Shown piece by piece: positions 60,811-64,000 of a stretch of DNA of 64,000 nucleotides; position 1 is the first letter of the stretch; the number at the start of each line of letters is the position of its first letter. Source of the stretch: Mobula hypostoma (Eukaryota); contig NC_086097.1 in assembly GCF_963921235.1 (NCBI RefSeq), positions 46,812,001 to 46,876,000 of the forward strand. The letters are read 5' to 3'. The position numbers and the translations under genes are program-made. The notes beneath the pieces are model-generated. The model was given only the letters and a program-made list of their open reading frames with translations. It was not told the DNA's origin and ran no database searches.

Positions 60811-62220
60811 TCCAGATGTTAGGACAATGTGTTACTCTAGACCCATTAACTTGTAATTTAAATATCTTGTTTATTCATCCAAACTGGCCATACAAGCTGA
60901 GAAACAAGCAGCTCACTGCAATGTGTGCTTGGAGATAACCCAATAATTATCAGCCTTTATGATAAAACATTTGTAGATAATTACAATGGAGCCTTAAGTT
61001 GTCTTCAAAGTTATCTCCATATCAATCAAGGACCTGGATTAGAACAATGACATATCTTAGTGACAAAGTCTGGTCATGAGTCTACCAGAGGAGAAGAGTC
61101 TTCACCAGAATTGATTGTGCAATAGGGAAGATATCAGAAGTGACAGATCATGTGCTCTTCTATGCCTTCTGAGTTCAATTCCAATAATTAAACTGTTGGG
61201 CAATGGTGAAAGTGAACTATCTTGTCTCAAAATATGTATAAAATGATGACTTTGATATAAATAAAGGAAGAACGTGTACACATCAGACTTTAATGGATGA
61301 ACCTATCTCTCCCTACAGCTGAAAGACCAAACAAATATGCTTCTGTTTGGCCCAAGAATGGAGATTCTTTTGCTCCATGGAAAACTCTCTGGAAGATTAT
61401 GAAACAACTGATTAACAGCTGTTGAGCTGTACTAACACACCACTAACACAAGAGCCAATGCTAATTTTCAAGCTCTGCTCAGACCATTCAGCTGCAGTCT
61501 GTATTATTCCTTCAATCCAAATATCATCACAAGCAGAATTCCAGAAATAAAGTAAGAATTCCTTCTGTTCATTTCACCCTGCCCTTTCCTGCAAGTAAAT
61601 CTTATTTTTTCACTTTCTGAAGAAGTTCTGAAGAGCCATTGACCAGAAAATTTGAGTCCACTCTCGCTGTCTAACATGCTGAGTATTCTCAGCATCATTT
61701 GCTTTATTTTTGGGCTCCATTTCAGAATGCATACTGTATACATTTCTCTGGCATTAAATGTACCTATTGAACCATCTTGATGGCTGGATTTCATAATTTT
61801 TTTTTCTCACAACCTTTCCAGCATTCTGTGAAAACTACAATGTGTTTCAGAGAACTTACATTTTTTGAGTCCAAAGTTTAATTGTAACATTACTAGGTTG
61901 TACATTAGTCTAATATTGGACTAGGCAATGAGACAGAGAGGATACATGCCAAGCAAAATGAAATTGGCTTGCTTCCATTGAGAAAACAAAACAGATCAAA
62001 ACTTTGTAACTCTTTTAAATACTTGAAGATTAATGTTTTCGGAGAAATTTCTACTCCTAGACTTGGTGAAGGTTTGTTTTGATTAAACTGAGACAAGTGA
62101 AGTTGCTATCTTTTGTGTGAAACCTTCACCTTTAGAAATCTTCAATTCATTCTCTGCTGCTTCAACCTTTTCTCAATGGCAGGAAGTTAGGAGATGTTAA
62201 AAATAAACACGAACATTACT

Positions 62221-62525
62221 TACACTCAGTGCCACTTTATTAGGTAGCCCCTGAGAATATGTTCATGATCTTCTGCTGCTGTAGCCCATCAACTTCAAGG
62301 TTCAACATGTGTGTTCAGACATGCTCTTCTGCACACCACTGTTGTAGCACGTGGTTATTTAAGTTATATCACCTTCCTGTCAGTTTGAATCAATCTGGCC
62401 ATCCTCCCCTGATCTCTCTCATCAACAAGGCAGTTTCACGCACAAACCTGCCACTTACTGGATTTTTTTTTTGGTTTTTCACACTAGTTTCTGTAAACTC
62501 TAGAGAATGTTGTAAGTGAAAATCC
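62221..62525 (-). mobile_element. Tc1-like DNA transposon fragment
   Basis: TA-CACTCAGTGCCACTTTATTAGGTA resembles a fish Tc1-like terminal repeat as I recall it, followed by tcttctgctgctgtagcccatc...aaactctagaga (reverse transposase N-terminal region). Confidence 0.6.
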
Positions 62526-62558
62526 AAAGCAGTATCTGGTTTACTATCACTGGCATAC

Positions 62559-64000
62559 TGTCACAACCATGGATTCCGCAGAGCAGTAGATACAGCAATT
62601 GCACTTGTGAATATGCACGTGTCAGCTAATTATTATTTCATTGTGATAGGATTTAACTCCATTCATTCCGTTGTCATGCTTGTCAAGACCTGCACTTGGA
62701 CCTGTTTGCTTTCAGCCTTGCCTGAGAAATTGGACTGTTGAATCAATTGACTCTGAAGACTAGCGGTATTCATTTTATATTTAGTTGTTCTTTTCAGCCG
62801 TAGTGTAAGCTTCATTTCCCATTTTAGGATTTTAGTTAACAGCCCTGTTTGGCCTAACATTTATTGTTTTATTTTCCCTTTAACACTGTTCACATTAAGG
62901 CCTGTGAACTATTAACCTGTGTCAGTGTCTCACACTCCGTACTTGGGCCATATCCAAACTGCCGTGACAGCAAGTCTCGACCTCACAGAGATGGACCCAG
63001 CAGAGAGACAGCAGCTGACCTTGGCCGTGAGATTCATTGGTCAGGTAGGAGACAAGCTACAGGCAATGAAATCTGTTACAGAGACAATGAGGCAGATAAT
63101 CTCGTGCCAACAAGCTCAGTCTCACTTGGAGGAACAGGTATCATCCCTACCCGCAACTGTTCAACAGCTCACCACAGACAATCGGACTTGAGTGTCTGCG
63201 ACTTCCACACTCACGGCCGCCATCCACGAACTTGCTGTGAACAGCTGATCCAGCGCTACAAGCACACCTGAAGACAAGCCAAGGCTTCTCTGCTGCGTGC
63301 CCAAAAGCAACATTCCCGGCAGGCTGATCGGCTCCATCAACAGGTACAGCCATTCAAGCCAGGGGAGGAGGTCTGGTTGGCATCAAGGGATCTTTCCTTG
63401 AAAGTCGACAGCCAGAAATTGGCACCGTGCTAAGTGGGACCATTTGTAGTGGAAAACGCTGTCAACAAGGTGTCTTATAGAATGTGTCTACCAGCATCAC
63501 TGAAGATCCACCAAGGAATCCATGTTTCTCAGCTTAATCCAGTTACTACCTCTCCTTTGGCCCCAGTCACCCCACATCCTCCTCCTCCCTCCCTGGTAGA
63601 TGGTTCCCTTGTCTATGCAATGCGGCACCTCCTGGCATCTCGCTGGCTACGTGGTAAGGTCCAGTACCTGACTGGGAAGTGTATAGTCCAGAAGAACGTA
63701 CTTGGATCCCAGCCAAGGACACATTGGACAAGTCGCTGATCCGGGACTTCCAGCAGACACAGGTCTGTGGTGCCTCGGGGGCTGCGCCTAGACAGAGGGG
63801 TCCTGTCACAACCACAGATTCAGCAGAGCAGCAGATACGGCAATTGCGCTTGTGAATATGCATGTGTCAGATAATTATTATTGCATTGTGATAACATTTA
63901 ACTCTATTCGTTCCGTCCTATTGCTTGTCAAGACTTGGACACAGCATAGCAACGCTTCACTGCCCATCTGTTTTCGGCCTTGCCTGAGAAATTGTACAGT
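62559..64000 (+). mobile_element. Miniature, internally deleted chromovirus (sushi-like Gypsy) LTR element, truncated by window end
   Basis: 5' LTR 62559-62969 (tgtcac..gtgaca). Gag start MDPAE at 62991. Integrase C-terminus FKPGEEVWL..KLAP..GPF..HVSQL and chromodomain [18 protein letters not shown] agacagagggg. The 3' LTR starts at 63804 and is clearly diverged from the 5' LTR. Confidence 0.88.

Noticed and set aside
61305..61440. Acceptor-like ctctctccctacag followed by possible exon
   Set aside because: No convincing donor or recognisable peptide; cannot be supported without transcript data.

Overview
Eukaryotic, repeat-dense vertebrate DNA. The mix of CR1, Rex1, Penelope and L1 elements looks elasmobranch (ray or shark), which is an inference. 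One host gene is present: ten GT-AG coding exons (186-24904, + strand) splice in phase into about 587 aa of a Sec6/EXOC3-family protein most like TNFAIP2/EXOC3L; its 5' exon(s) probably lie upstream of the window. The rest is mostly nested transposons: (1) a young, nearly complete Nimb/I-clade LINE (5532-10911) and a fold-back Penelope-like element with minimal hammerhead ribozyme motifs (10926-12327), both inserted in the same 14-bp target in intron 3; (2) a young Gmr1-like Gypsy element with near-identical 880-bp LTRs and an internally deleted but apparently in-frame pol (28144-33042), inside an L1 fragment; (3) a 5.1-kb TG..CA solo LTR swollen by a ~4-kb 29-bp minisatellite (44473-49588); (4) a miniature chromovirus-like LTR element running off the right end; (5) many CR1, Rex1, L1, SINE and Tc1 fragments. 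The long ORFs at 45-49 kb are tandem-repeat artefacts. I found no clearly new protein-coding system. The best leads are the hammerhead/Penelope fold-back, the giant satellite-bearing LTR and the in-frame deleted Gmr1-like element. All family assignments come from motif recognition by eye, with no database searches.
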